Position numbers and translations under genes: made by a program. Below the pieces are notes generated by a model, which did not search any database, had not been told where the DNA came from, and saw nothing but the letters and a program-made list of their open reading frames with translations. A stretch of DNA of 64,000 nt from Desulfatiglandales bacterium (GTDB lineage: Bacteria; Desulfobacterota; DSM-4660; Desulfatiglandales; Desulfatiglandaceae): assembly GCA_963662465.1 (NCBI GenBank), contig OY759599.1, positions 2,752,001 through 2,816,000 of the forward strand, written 5' to 3'. Positions 9,530 to 19,713 of this stretch are shown here, piece after piece; position 1 is the stretch's first letter; each line of letters starts with the position of its first letter.

Positions 9530-12500
9530 TCAGGGCTGCCATCTGACTTTATCCGCCAGTGAAAAAGGTTGCCCTTCTTTCTCCTTAACCCCCTTGTCCA
9601 GTGCTGCCAAGGCCGGCAGGTTCCTCAAATCGCTGTTCCCCACAAAGGGCCGGGTTTGAAAAAGATAGAGTTTGCCGTCCACAAAACCGTATTCAATATC
9701 CCAGGGCAACGGATCCCCGCCGGTTCCCTTTTCAGGGATGAATTCTTTTTTAATTTTCTCCGCCGCATCCACCAGAGCGATGAGTTCCGGCTCCGTCAAC
9801 ACCCGCTCCGCGCCGGTGGAGGGCATCATCCGGCTGCCGCCCTTCCCTTCCAGGATGAGCATCCGCCGGGTGGGAGATTTAAACTGATTTAACAATACGG
9901 TCTCATTGGTACTGTAAAGCAACGTCTCGGCCGGAGAACCATCCACCGTGCCCCCGACACCTTCCGCCGTGGCGATGGTCATTTTAGTGGTATCCCCAGT
10001 GTCCACATCCGCCGTGATCAACACGCCGGATTTCTCCGACGGCACCGATTCCAAAACCACGATGGAGGGGAATACCAGGTTCGGATCGCTGATAACCGTC
10101 TGACGCCAGGAAAATGAACGATAGGTAAAGGGCGAAGCCCACACCTCTTTAACCCCTTCCAGTACATCCTTAAAGGTCATGAGGTTAAAAATGGTCAGGT
10201 TGAGACCGGCGCCGTTGAAATTGGGCATGTCTTCCACATTGGTATCGGAACGGACAAAAACACCCCGCAACCGTTCCTTTTCAGGACCCGTGAAAATTCC
10301 CTGAGATGCGATCTTCTCTCGCAGCGCTTCCACAAAAACCGGATCCAGGGTAATATTTCCAATGGAATATCGAACCACATCCAGCCTGGGTCGGATCCAT
10401 TGGGCCAGTTGAGTGGACGACATATGGGGATCCTTGAGCAGTTGATTAAAAAAAACGTCATAAGTCTGCCGCACAAATGCCGCCAGGGACTCTCCGGATT
10501 CGGCAATCCCCTTGCCCTTGAGATTCTCGGGCAACGCCACCACGGCCTTTTGAAAATGAGCATCATAGATACCAAAGGGAATCACCACCCCTCGGGCCAC
10601 ATTTTTGGGGAAATGGTATTTCAATTCCCCCAGAAAAGCAGCCTTGGGTCCGCACACAACGCCGGAATCCTTACGCCTGAGATTGTCCAACCCCAGGACC
10701 CGGGTCTCCTTGAGATTCAGCCTTTCGGCGTCTATGGCCAATTTGCCGGTTTGCCCTTTGATATCCGCATCACGGGTCCGTTTAAGGTTTTTTTCATATT
10801 CCGCCAGGATCAGTTTGTCTGCCTGATCCATCTTTTCGGCTTCCTTTAAAATGATCCGGCCCACAGGCGTAACCGCATAGAACAGGGACCGCCCCTGAAC
10901 CGGGGCTAACTGCCGGTACAACCCGTCCAAAAACACAGCATTGGGTACCCCAAGGGCGCGCGCCAGCAACTGCACATGGGATACCACATTTCCCTCATCC
11001 TTGGTGATGATGCCGGCCACGGGCTCAAGCTCCGCATTGGTGGTCTCAAGGGCCAGAATATTGTCCCGTGTGTAGCGCTGACCATCAAAAAACGCCAGAG
11101 GCCCCAGGGCCAGCCCCGGATTCAGGGCTCTTACGCCTTCAATAACGGTCTTTCCCAGAATGTGATGTTTAAGGCCCAGTTTACTTAACACATACCCTCG
11201 CAGGGATTTAATGATGGTGGCATAACCCATCAGGGGGGAAGATCGGATGATGTCGTCATTGATCCGCTGGACTTCCGGCAAAAGAAACACCCAGGGATCC
11301 CAAACGTCTGCAAATGCCGTTCGGATGGACGACTGCGCCCATTCCACAGCCAGATTTGAACGATTCAGAAGACGATACGCATCTCCCAGGGTTAAACCCT
11401 TTTTGTCGAGCAGTTTGTTAAAGGATAAAATACCGGTCTCATATTCCCGGTGACTCATCAGTCCGGCGCCATAGCTGCCGGCCAGCATATCCTTCAGGAT
11501 ATCAATCAGTTCCATGACCGTCCACTCCCGATCCAGCTCCATGAGCCGGTTGGCCGTCATGAGGATGAGCAGGTTGGCGGAAACATTCAGGTTAATTAAG
11601 GTCACGGCTTCTTCCGGTTTGATGGCCTTAACCGCCACCGTCTCCCGGGATGCCACCACCAGATCCGCCAGACTGTGAAGCAGCCTCAGGGGCGCATTGT
11701 GGGGAATATTCAATATATTTTTAATGAGATCCTGAATCCCTTTATTGGATATGATCGGCAAATATTCTTTCAACTGGCTTTGGTCCACATAAGTCAGACT
11801 TCGGATCATTTCAATCAACCGCACGTAATTCTGATCGTTTTTCCGGTCCTGGGGATGCTTTTTCCGAAAATCCTCAATCAGGGGAATCAAACTGGGAGAC
11901 AGGCGGTTGTGCACCAGATCTTTTACCGGCTTAAAGGGGGGATAGCTACGATAAATGACCAGGGACAGGTTTCGGATGTCATTGACCATAAAGAGGTTGG
12001 ATTTGCAGAAAAAACGTCGCTGCAATTCATATTGCAAAAAATAATCGTGAAAATCATTCCAGTCGGCAAGGGCATAATATTTGGCAAATAACATGGGGGC
12101 ATATTTGACCTCGAACTCCGTGCCGGAAATGCCCCCATAGGCGCGGGACATGTTAAGCTTGCTCTCCGGATGGGTATCCATGTAATATTTCTCAAGGATG
12201 AAGCCTTTAACCACACTATGATGATCCGGGTTTTGATCCCATAAGAACACTTCGTTGGAAAAGATGTTCCCCACATAAACCCCGAATCGTGCGAGGGTTT
12301 CAGCTGCATCATTACGGTAGGCCGAACAGAAAAGCTGCCCCACCCCCTCAAGTTCCCGGCAGGGATTGGGCCGAACCTTCATGTTCTTGTCCGCCACCGG
12401 CGCGAGCTTCCCATTGGTACAGGTACAGGTATTGATGGTAAAAGGCCCCTTTCTTTTAACCAGGATCGACTTATAAGCATTCTTCAAGACATTTTCTTCC

Positions 12501-12580
12501 CTGGAAGAAAGTTCGGCCCATCCAGGATCGCCAAAAAACAGAACACATAACGGAATCAGCGCCCACCATAATTTTTTCAT
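9530..12580 (-). CDS. Signal-peptide-bearing PEP-utiliser/dikinase-like protein (N-terminal helical region, phospho-His swivel domain, C-terminal PPDK_N ATP-grasp)
   Basis: MKKLWWALIPLCVLFFGDPGWA signal; GNVVSHVQLLARALGVPNAV (His535); GPKAAFLGEL, VFVRSDTNVEDMPNFNGAGL, SGVLIT, DIEYGFVDGKLYLFQTRP. Confidence 0.85.
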   Translation of the reverse strand: MKKLWWALIPLCVLFFGDPGWAELSSREENVLKNAYKSILVKRKGPFTINTCTCTNGKLAPVADKNMKVRPNPCRELEGVGQLFCSAYRNDAAETLARFGVYVGNIFSNEVFLWDQNPDHHSVVKGFILEKYYMDTHPESKLNMSRAYGGISGTEFEVKYAPMLFAKYYALADWNDFHDYFLQYELQRRFFCKSNLFMVNDIRNLSLVIYRSYPPFKPVKDLVHNRLSPSLIPLIEDFRKKHPQDRKNDQNYVRLIEMIRSLTYVDQSQLKEYLPIISNKGIQDLIKNILNIPHNAPLRLLHSLADLVVASRETVAVKAIKPEEAVTLINLNVSANLLILMTANRLMELDREWTVMELIDILKDMLAGSYGAGLMSHREYETGILSFNKLLDKKGLTLGDAYRLLNRSNLAVEWAQSSIRTAFADVWDPWVFLLPEVQRINDDIIRSSPLMGYATIIKSLRGYVLSKLGLKHHILGKTVIEGVRALNPGLALGPLAFFDGQRYTRDNILALETTNAELEPVAGIITKDEGNVVSHVQLLARALGVPNAVFLDGLYRQLAPVQGRSLFYAVTPVGRIILKEAEKMDQADKLILAEYEKNLKRTRDADIKGQTGKLAIDAERLNLKETRVLGLDNLRRKDSGVVCGPKAAFLGELKYHFPKNVARGVVIPFGIYDAHFQKAVVALPENLKGKGIAESGESLAAFVRQTYDVFFNQLLKDPHMSSTQLAQWIRPRLDVVRYSIGNITLDPVFVEALREKIASQGIFTGPEKERLRGVFVRSDTNVEDMPNFNGAGLNLTIFNLMTFKDVLEGVKEVWASPFTYRSFSWRQTVISDPNLVFPSIVVLESVPSEKSGVLITADVDTGDTTKMTIATAEGVGGTVDGSPAETLLYSTNETVLLNQFKSPTRRMLILEGKGGSRMMPSTGAERVLTEPELIALVDAAEKIKKEFIPEKGTGGDPLPWDIEYGFVDGKLYLFQTRPFVGNSDLRNLPALAALDKGVKEKEGQPFSLADKVRWQP

Positions 12581-12693
12581 TGATCACCCTTTCAAAAAAA
12601 ATATACACTTTACAATTATCTGATCGACGAATAAACCCTTTGATTGTACCATTGGCGATATTGCATTGCAACCCCAACAAGGCTCTGAAAAAA

Positions 12694-14328
12694 ATGATAT
12701 TCACCCGTATGAAAAGCCAAAAAATCCCAATATCCGTTGGGTTTCTATTGACAATACTCTTCTCATTTCCATATGCTCACGGCGCACCTCGGCAGCAGGA
12801 CACGGGAAAAACGCCCTGTCTTCATCACCTCGTTGTCCTCTATACCAATGACGTTCACGGGCATCCGGTCAAGTTTTCAAATCTCTCCGTACCCGATGTG
12901 GGGGGTCTGCCCGCCCGGGCCACACTCGTAAAGGAAATCAGGAACGCCAATAAAAACGTCCTGCTTCTGGACGCGGGCGATCTGAATACCGGTGAAGCGG
13001 AATCCAATTTCTTCAAGGCAAAACCGGACATCCTGGGGTATAATTTCATGGGATATGACGCCATGGTGCTTGGAAATCATGAATTCGACAATCCCATCCC
13101 CGTTCTCAGAGAACAAATGGACCTGGCAAGATTCCCCTTCCTTTCCGCCAATATCAAAACCCAGGAGGGGGATGACCTGGCAATCCCTTTTATCATCAAA
13201 CAATTTGACGGCTTCAAAGTCGCCATTTTCGGACTTACCACAACAGACACCCAATTTATCGGAAACCCGGATTACATCAAAGACCTTATTTTTGAAGATG
13301 AAGTTGACGTCGCGAAAAATCTGGCGCCCATCCTGAAAAAACAGGCGGATGTGATCATTGCCCTCACCCACCTGGGCATATATGAAGGCAACAACCGGGG
13401 ATCAAAACGGCTGGCGTCCCAGGTGAGCGGCATTGATTTGATTGTAGACGGCAATACGGATACCAAACTGGATGCGCCCATTATCATTCAACAACCGGAT
13501 TCCGGCCATCAAACCCTGATTGTTCAGGCGTGGCACTGGGGTCTGGTTCTGGGAAAAATCGACCTTTGGATTGAGGACAAACAGGTTGTGGATTTCAATA
13601 TGGAACTGATTCCCATTAATTTGAAAAGGGTTGTCAGGAACGCGGATGGGAAAAAGACCTTTCATTTGATCGGAAACGAAATCAAGGAAGACCCGGCACT
13701 CCTGGCACTGCTTCAACCTTACAGGGACAAAGTCGGCCGGTTCCTCTCTGAAACCATCGGATATGCCAAAGGCGCCTTTGAATATGATGACGGAAGATTC
13801 CGGGAAACAGCCCTTGGCGACCTGGTGGCCGATGCCATGCAGTGGCATATGAGACGATTCAATCCGGATTTTGCCTTGACCAACAGCGGCGCCATCCGGG
13901 CAGGGCTTTCCGAAGGGCCACTGACCCAGAAAGCCATCTACGACATTCTTCCCTTTAACACTTCCGTGGTGTTTTTGACGTTGACGGGAACCCAGGTTCG
14001 AACTCTTTTTGACTATCTGGGAACCATCCAGCCGGGTGAAGGCGCCTTTCCACAGGTATCGAACGGTGTTTATTTCACCCTGAATCGCGAGAAGAAAAGT
14101 TGCGACAACATCCTCATCAACGGCAAATCCATTGATCCTGATAAATCATACGGCATCGCAACAAATTCGTATCTCGCAAAGGGAGGAGACGGCTATCGTA
14201 TTTTTTTAGAAGCGACCGACCCGTTTGATTCATCCATTTTCCAACGAGACGCCCTGATTGCCTACATCAAGCATCTGGGAGGAAACATTGCCCCGAAAGT
14301 AAACAAAAGGATGATGCTCATTCCATGA
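12694..14328 (+). CDS. Secreted 5'-nucleotidase / UDP-sugar hydrolase (start 12694 or 12709)
   Basis: YTNDVHG, LLDAGD, LGNHEFD, LTHLG, NSGAIR, YLAKGGDGY; N-terminal hydrophobic signal. Confidence 0.92.
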   Translation: MIFTRMKSQKIPISVGFLLTILFSFPYAHGAPRQQDTGKTPCLHHLVVLYTNDVHGHPVKFSNLSVPDVGGLPARATLVKEIRNANKNVLLLDAGDLNTGEAESNFFKAKPDILGYNFMGYDAMVLGNHEFDNPIPVLREQMDLARFPFLSANIKTQEGDDLAIPFIIKQFDGFKVAIFGLTTTDTQFIGNPDYIKDLIFEDEVDVAKNLAPILKKQADVIIALTHLGIYEGNNRGSKRLASQVSGIDLIVDGNTDTKLDAPIIIQQPDSGHQTLIVQAWHWGLVLGKIDLWIEDKQVVDFNMELIPINLKRVVRNADGKKTFHLIGNEIKEDPALLALLQPYRDKVGRFLSETIGYAKGAFEYDDGRFRETALGDLVADAMQWHMRRFNPDFALTNSGAIRAGLSEGPLTQKAIYDILPFNTSVVFLTLTGTQVRTLFDYLGTIQPGEGAFPQVSNGVYFTLNREKKSCDNILINGKSIDPDKSYGIATNSYLAKGGDGYRIFLEATDPFDSSIFQRDALIAYIKHLGGNIAPKVNKRMMLIP

Positions 14329-17300
14329 AAAACACACAACCCCCTAAAACAACTGCTGCCGATATCCGGCAAATTGAATTCTTTCGTCAGGGCATGGCCC
14401 TGTTGCCGGACCCCTCCGACAAACGGCCCGGCGTCGCATTTTTCGTTCAGGGAAACGATTTTGAACTCACCCAGCGATTTTGCACCTGTGCCTTGTCTAA
14501 AAACAAGACCTGCCGACATATTAAGGATCTCATGCAGGCCTACAAGGCATTGCAACAGAAATCCGGGCAAAAGCATTTTGATGATGGTTTCCGGTCCAGC
14601 ATCTGGTACCGCCTGGCAACCATTTTGGGAGAAGGGTGCAGTGAAACCCACCGGACCGTAATTTTTCAAACCCGAAAAAGCGGCGGCAGGAGCGTCGTTG
14701 AAGTCGTCGACTCAAATGGCGCAACCCTGGTCCATTATTTTTCCGATGGCGCTGATCGCACCCGTTTTTTCGAACGTTGCGGTGCATCCACCACCCATAA
14801 TGAAGGCATTCCAAACCGGACATGGGTCCTTTCACGGCTGGCTTTTATGACCCAAACCGACAATGAAAAAAACATGAACTCCCGAGGATTCAAAACCCGG
14901 AAACAGGTCTTGGAAGAAGGCTTCTGGTTTAAATGCGCCTATCATGGTTTTCGGGAATTTGGGGAAGAAGATCCCCAAAAGGGGCGCTACACCTTTAAAT
15001 CGGCCATTGCGGAAACTACGGGAACTTTCACGGTTTCCTGCCTGACGCCCGACGGCGCCCCCCTGATTCGTCTGGTAATTCCCCGAAACAAAGTCAAAAG
15101 TCTGCTGTCAATATTTAACGACCTTCTGCCCAATCAACACGTGCCGGCCATCCATCCCATCCCCCTGAAGTCGATTTTCAAAATCACACAGAATACGGAA
15201 CTGGACCTGGAAATCAGGCCACAAATCCAATGGCTTCAGGAAAACGGCGAAGAAGCATTTTTTGAAAGCGAGGGTTTGGAAAAATTCACCTATGGCCCCC
15301 TGGTTTACATCAAGGAAATGGGCATCATGGCCCAATTGGAACAACCGGGACAATCCAGAAAGTTCAAAGCGCCGATAAAAATGGCACTCAAAAAGTCCCA
15401 GATTCCCGTTTTCCTGGAGGAATATGAAGAAGATCTCAAAGACGGTGCATTCAGGGTGGACGACACGGTCGAAGGGCTTAAAATCCTGAAAACCTTTGAC
15501 CGCATGGAAATCAGGCCCGAGCTGCTCGATCGGGATTGGTACTATCTGTCGGTCCGATACGGTTTCGGCAGCCAAACCATTTCTCTTGCTGAAATTCTGA
15601 GAACCAAAGCCGCGGGCCAACGATACATCGGCAGTAAAGTCGGCTGGATCGACTGCGCTTCGGAAGCATTTGAGGGCCTGGCGGAAATTGCCGAAAATCT
15701 CAAACCCGACAACCACAAAGACGCGGAAGAAAGGATCAAGCTATCGCGACTGGATCTGTTCCGATTGCAGGCTCAGTGCCGTGAATCCCTGACGGTTGCG
15801 GGCGAGAACGAAACGAGCAACCTGCTCAAAAAAATGCTCACCCTCAAGCCGGCGGCGCCATTGCCCGAAATGGCGGGATTACGCTCGATCCTTCGCCACT
15901 ACCAGGAACTGGGCGTGGAATGGATCCACTTTCTGTTCCAAAACGGGTTTGGGGGACTCCTCTGCGACGACATGGGCCTCGGCAAAACCCACGAGGTCAT
16001 GGCCTTCCTGGTTGGCCTTCTGGAACAGGAAAAAACCTGCGACCCCTTTCTCGTGGTATGCCCCACAACGGTTTTAAGCCATTGGAACAACATTATCCGC
16101 CGTTATGCCCCGGTTCTAAACCCCGTCATCTACCACGGCCCCCAGCGGGACCTGGGTAACGCCCTTAATCATCATCAGGTCCTTTTGACTTCCTACGGCA
16201 TTCTAAGACAAGATATCGCCGCGATGGAAACATTGAATTTTTCCGTAGCGGTCTTTGACGAAATTCAGAACCTCAAAAACCCGCAAACCATCGGTTACCA
16301 ATCCGCCAGAAAAATCAATGCCCGCATGAAGCTGGGCCTCACCGGCACCCCCATCGAAAACCGTATCACCGAGCTGAAAGCGCTCATGGATTTGACGCTC
16401 CCCGGATACCTGGGCAAAGATGCGGACTTTGAAACCCGCTATGTGAAACCCATCGAACAGAATGGGGATGACGCAAAAAAAGCCCAACTCTCGAACGCTA
16501 TTTTGCCCTTTGCCCTTCGCCGCAAAAAAGAAAGCGTGCTTCATGATCTCCCCGAAAAGATCGAAGACACCAGGACCTGCGCCCTTTCGGAAGATCAGGT
16601 TAAGCTGTATCGCGATGCCATTTCCACCCGGGGAAAAGGCCTCCTGGAAACCCTGAAGCATGACGGAAAAGCCGTTCCCTACATCCACATATTTGCCTTG
16701 CTCAATTTACTGAAACAGATCTGTGACCACCCTTCCCTGGTGGAAGGAAAAATCGAGGATTATCAACGCCTGGAATCCGGGAAATGGGATCTTTTCCAGG
16801 AACTCCTGGAAGAGAGCCTGGACAACGGTCAGAAGATCGTGATTTACAGCCAGTTCCTGGGCATGATCGGTATCATGGAAAAACACCTGATGGAAAAGGG
16901 CATTGATTTCGTATCCCTTACGGGGAAAACCCGAAACCGGGGGAAAATCATCCAGCGGTTCAACCAGGACCCCATGTGCCGCGTATTCGTGGGCAGTCTG
17001 AAGGCCGGCGGGGTGGGCATCGATCTGGTGGCCGCTTCGGTGGTCATCCACTATGATCGCTGGTGGAACGCCGCCCGGGAGGACCAGGCCACGGACCGGG
17101 TCCATCGGATCGGTCAGAAAAGGGGGGTACAGGTCTTCAAACTCGTAACGGAAGGCACTCTTGAAGAAAAAATCGCGGCCATCATTTTGAAAAAACGAAA
17201 CCTGATGGACACCGTGGTCGAAGAAACTGATCCGGGGGTCATGAATCGTTTTACCCGGAAAGAACTCATCGACCTGCTGGCGATCCCTCATCTCTCATGA
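14325..17300 (+). CDS. SWIM zinc finger + SNF2-family helicase
   Basis: CTC...CRH SWIM motif; LCDDMGLGKT, DEIQ, LTGTPIEN, WWNAAREDQATDRVHRIGQ. Confidence 0.95.
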   Translation: MKNTQPPKTTAADIRQIEFFRQGMALLPDPSDKRPGVAFFVQGNDFELTQRFCTCALSKNKTCRHIKDLMQAYKALQQKSGQKHFDDGFRSSIWYRLATILGEGCSETHRTVIFQTRKSGGRSVVEVVDSNGATLVHYFSDGADRTRFFERCGASTTHNEGIPNRTWVLSRLAFMTQTDNEKNMNSRGFKTRKQVLEEGFWFKCAYHGFREFGEEDPQKGRYTFKSAIAETTGTFTVSCLTPDGAPLIRLVIPRNKVKSLLSIFNDLLPNQHVPAIHPIPLKSIFKITQNTELDLEIRPQIQWLQENGEEAFFESEGLEKFTYGPLVYIKEMGIMAQLEQPGQSRKFKAPIKMALKKSQIPVFLEEYEEDLKDGAFRVDDTVEGLKILKTFDRMEIRPELLDRDWYYLSVRYGFGSQTISLAEILRTKAAGQRYIGSKVGWIDCASEAFEGLAEIAENLKPDNHKDAEERIKLSRLDLFRLQAQCRESLTVAGENETSNLLKKMLTLKPAAPLPEMAGLRSILRHYQELGVEWIHFLFQNGFGGLLCDDMGLGKTHEVMAFLVGLLEQEKTCDPFLVVCPTTVLSHWNNIIRRYAPVLNPVIYHGPQRDLGNALNHHQVLLTSYGILRQDIAAMETLNFSVAVFDEIQNLKNPQTIGYQSARKINARMKLGLTGTPIENRITELKALMDLTLPGYLGKDADFETRYVKPIEQNGDDAKKAQLSNAILPFALRRKKESVLHDLPEKIEDTRTCALSEDQVKLYRDAISTRGKGLLETLKHDGKAVPYIHIFALLNLLKQICDHPSLVEGKIEDYQRLESGKWDLFQELLEESLDNGQKIVIYSQFLGMIGIMEKHLMEKGIDFVSLTGKTRNRGKIIQRFNQDPMCRVFVGSLKAGGVGIDLVAASVVIHYDRWWNAAREDQATDRVHRIGQKRGVQVFKLVTEGTLEEKIAAIILKKRNLMDTVVEETDPGVMNRFTRKELIDLLAIPHLS

Positions 17301-18979
17301 TCAAGCCGCAACCCATCAAAATCTTTCTGACGGTTTCCCTGATTTTCGGCATCTTTATCCTGGCATCTTTTCCGAACCTCGGGAAAATTTCCTACTGGCC
17401 TCCGGATGCCGACAAGATTGCCATGGATGGGGTCTTCGTATTCGATTTCGTAAAAGATCTTCCCCACTCCCTCCTTCATCCCTACCAGTACGCCGTTGAA
17501 TACTATGCCCGTTATCCCAGCCTGTCGGTGGGCCAGCGGCCCCTTTTTTTCCCGACCATTGAAGCCCTGTTTTACGCCATGATGGGGTTGACGTATATGG
17601 CCCCCAGGATTGCGGTATTGCTGTTTCTCTATGTGGGCATGTTGAGCTGGGTCCTGTTGGTCGCCGGAACCCATAATATCAAAGTTGCCGTGCTTTCCCT
17701 CCTGCTGTGGCTAAGCAATCCCAATATATACATTTATTCCCAGAACATCTTACTGGAAATTCCCACCCTTTCCATGAGCATTCTCACCCTATATCTGCTA
17801 TATCGCTATTTTTCCGCTCCCTCCGTCCGCATGGGCATCCTCCTGGGAATTACAACGGGATTGATGCTGTGGACCAACCAGAAAGCCGTTTTCATGCTCC
17901 CCATGTTCCTTCTGTACCCCCTTTGCGGCAAAAAACCGAAACTCCTTCTGGCGCGCAGCACCTGGATGCCGGCGGCCGTCATTCTCTTATTTTTGATCCC
18001 CCTGACCCTTCTCAGCATCTGGCTGGGGGCTCACAATATCGCCCTGAGCATCAAAGATCATATGGCGCCCCAGCAGGCGCAAATCGTACAAAATGGTCAT
18101 TCTCAGCTTCTCGTATATCTCTATTATCTCTATCACGACCATTTTTCCCTTCCCATTCTCTCATTGGCTGTTTTGGGAATCGCAATCGCCATCTTCAAAA
18201 AGGACGGCAACAGCATCCTCTACGGACTGACCATATTTTGCGTATATCTCACCTTTACGATCATCAGCGTAAAGATTCCCCGCTACGCCATCTACTGGAT
18301 TCCAGCCTTTTGTTTCTTCGCGGCCCTGGGGGCTTTTGAAATCGCACACGCGCTATCCGAACGAATCAACTCGGGGAAAGTGATCCCATATGTCCTTTGC
18401 ACGTTGCCCCTTATCTTTCAAATCTGGATATCCTTTCCCATTCCTATCTACCATGTGTCAGGCTATGAAGCGGCCGCCCGGTATGTTCTTAAACACAGCC
18501 GGTCACCGGTGCTTTTTTTTATCGGCATGGGAAACGGACAATTCTCTTTTTTTGTGAGAAAGCTTGACCCGGAAAAACGTTTCATGATCCTGCGTGGACA
18601 AAAAATCATCAGCACTTCCTTGATCCATAACGACCATCACATGACCGTTTACCTACATAACATCAAGGAAATCCATGATGAACTGCAACGGATGGGGGTT
18701 CAATACGCCGTAGTGGAATCCCCCCTTGAAGCACCCGATATCCCCGCCTATAAAGCATTGCAGGATCTACTTCAGGATCCGAAATTTTTTACCCTGAAAA
18801 AAACCATTCCCTTGAAAATCGTCCCACCCCACTGGAATAAGGATTTCAAACTGCTCATATACGAAAATCGAAACCCGCTGCCCATCAACCAGAACCAGCC
18901 GTTGACCCTTCACATACCGGCAGCCGGAAAGACCCTTAGGGTGACCCTTGGCGAAATGGTGGGGAACGAAGACGAATAA
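17297..18979 (+). CDS. GT-C fold (ArnT/PMT, GT39-like) membrane glycosyltransferase
   Basis: Multi-TM protein; PDADK after TM1, RPLFFP, ILLEIP, KIPRYAIY motifs. Confidence 0.75.
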   Translation: MIKPQPIKIFLTVSLIFGIFILASFPNLGKISYWPPDADKIAMDGVFVFDFVKDLPHSLLHPYQYAVEYYARYPSLSVGQRPLFFPTIEALFYAMMGLTYMAPRIAVLLFLYVGMLSWVLLVAGTHNIKVAVLSLLLWLSNPNIYIYSQNILLEIPTLSMSILTLYLLYRYFSAPSVRMGILLGITTGLMLWTNQKAVFMLPMFLLYPLCGKKPKLLLARSTWMPAAVILLFLIPLTLLSIWLGAHNIALSIKDHMAPQQAQIVQNGHSQLLVYLYYLYHDHFSLPILSLAVLGIAIAIFKKDGNSILYGLTIFCVYLTFTIISVKIPRYAIYWIPAFCFFAALGAFEIAHALSERINSGKVIPYVLCTLPLIFQIWISFPIPIYHVSGYEAAARYVLKHSRSPVLFFIGMGNGQFSFFVRKLDPEKRFMILRGQKIISTSLIHNDHHMTVYLHNIKEIHDELQRMGVQYAVVESPLEAPDIPAYKALQDLLQDPKFFTLKKTIPLKIVPPHWNKDFKLLIYENRNPLPINQNQPLTLHIPAAGKTLRVTLGEMVGNEDE

Positions 18980-18986
18980 TGAAAAG

Positions 18987-19613
18987 CTATTCCTTTAATT
19001 TACAGGTGATTTTTCCAAACATGAAAGCGAGTCCGCTGTAAAAAAAATAGAAACAATGCATTAAAATGCTTTTAAATAAAAAACCAATCCCCCGAAGCCG
19101 CATAAAATAAAAATACAGGTCCCTGTTTAAGAAAAGAATGAGTACCAAAAAAAATCCAGTGACGCCCCAACCCCATTTTGAGATAAATATCAGCGGCAGT
19201 GTCACCAGCAAAGCGAAAACCAAAGCGCATGAAATGCGATCGGTTATCGTGAGATTCAGATCCGAGCCGACGCAATCCCCGTGAATCTCCACATCCGCAT
19301 CCACGAAGAACAGAATATCCCCCTTTGCCGCTTTCGCCCCAACGTTTCTCGCCCCGGCAGGCCCCATGGGCGGAGGCCCAATGGAAATCACCTTAATGCC
19401 GAAGCCCTCGGCCATTTGCCCGGAGCCATGGGCATCCCCATCCGCCACAACAATCAATTCATCGGGCCGAGGTCGAGCGGATTGAATGCCCATCAGACAG
19501 CGTTTGAATTTTGCCCCGCCATTATGAACGGGAACGATAACCGAAATTCGCGATCCTTCACCCCCAGAGATTTCACTATTTTTCTTGACATTCTCGACCG
19601 CACATGTTTTCAT
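18987..19613 (-). pseudogene. GT2 glycosyltransferase with probable in-frame internal deletion
   Basis: ISVIVPVHNG...GPAGARNVGA...FFVDADV joins directly to the C-terminal membrane segment (DLNL...); the acceptor/catalytic half (GGFD, ED) is missing. Confidence 0.65.
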
Positions 19614-19713
19614 CTTTGACCATCAATGTTTTTGACGCTGAGGTGAAATCCAGCGTCATGCAGTTCTTACGCATCCCGATCTTCAGGTGAAATAGCGACC
19701 AGAGGGAATAAAG

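Noticed and set aside
9530..12580. Annotation as ordinary PEP synthase (ppsA)
   Set aside because: It has a signal peptide, reversed domain order and no pyruvate-binding barrel.
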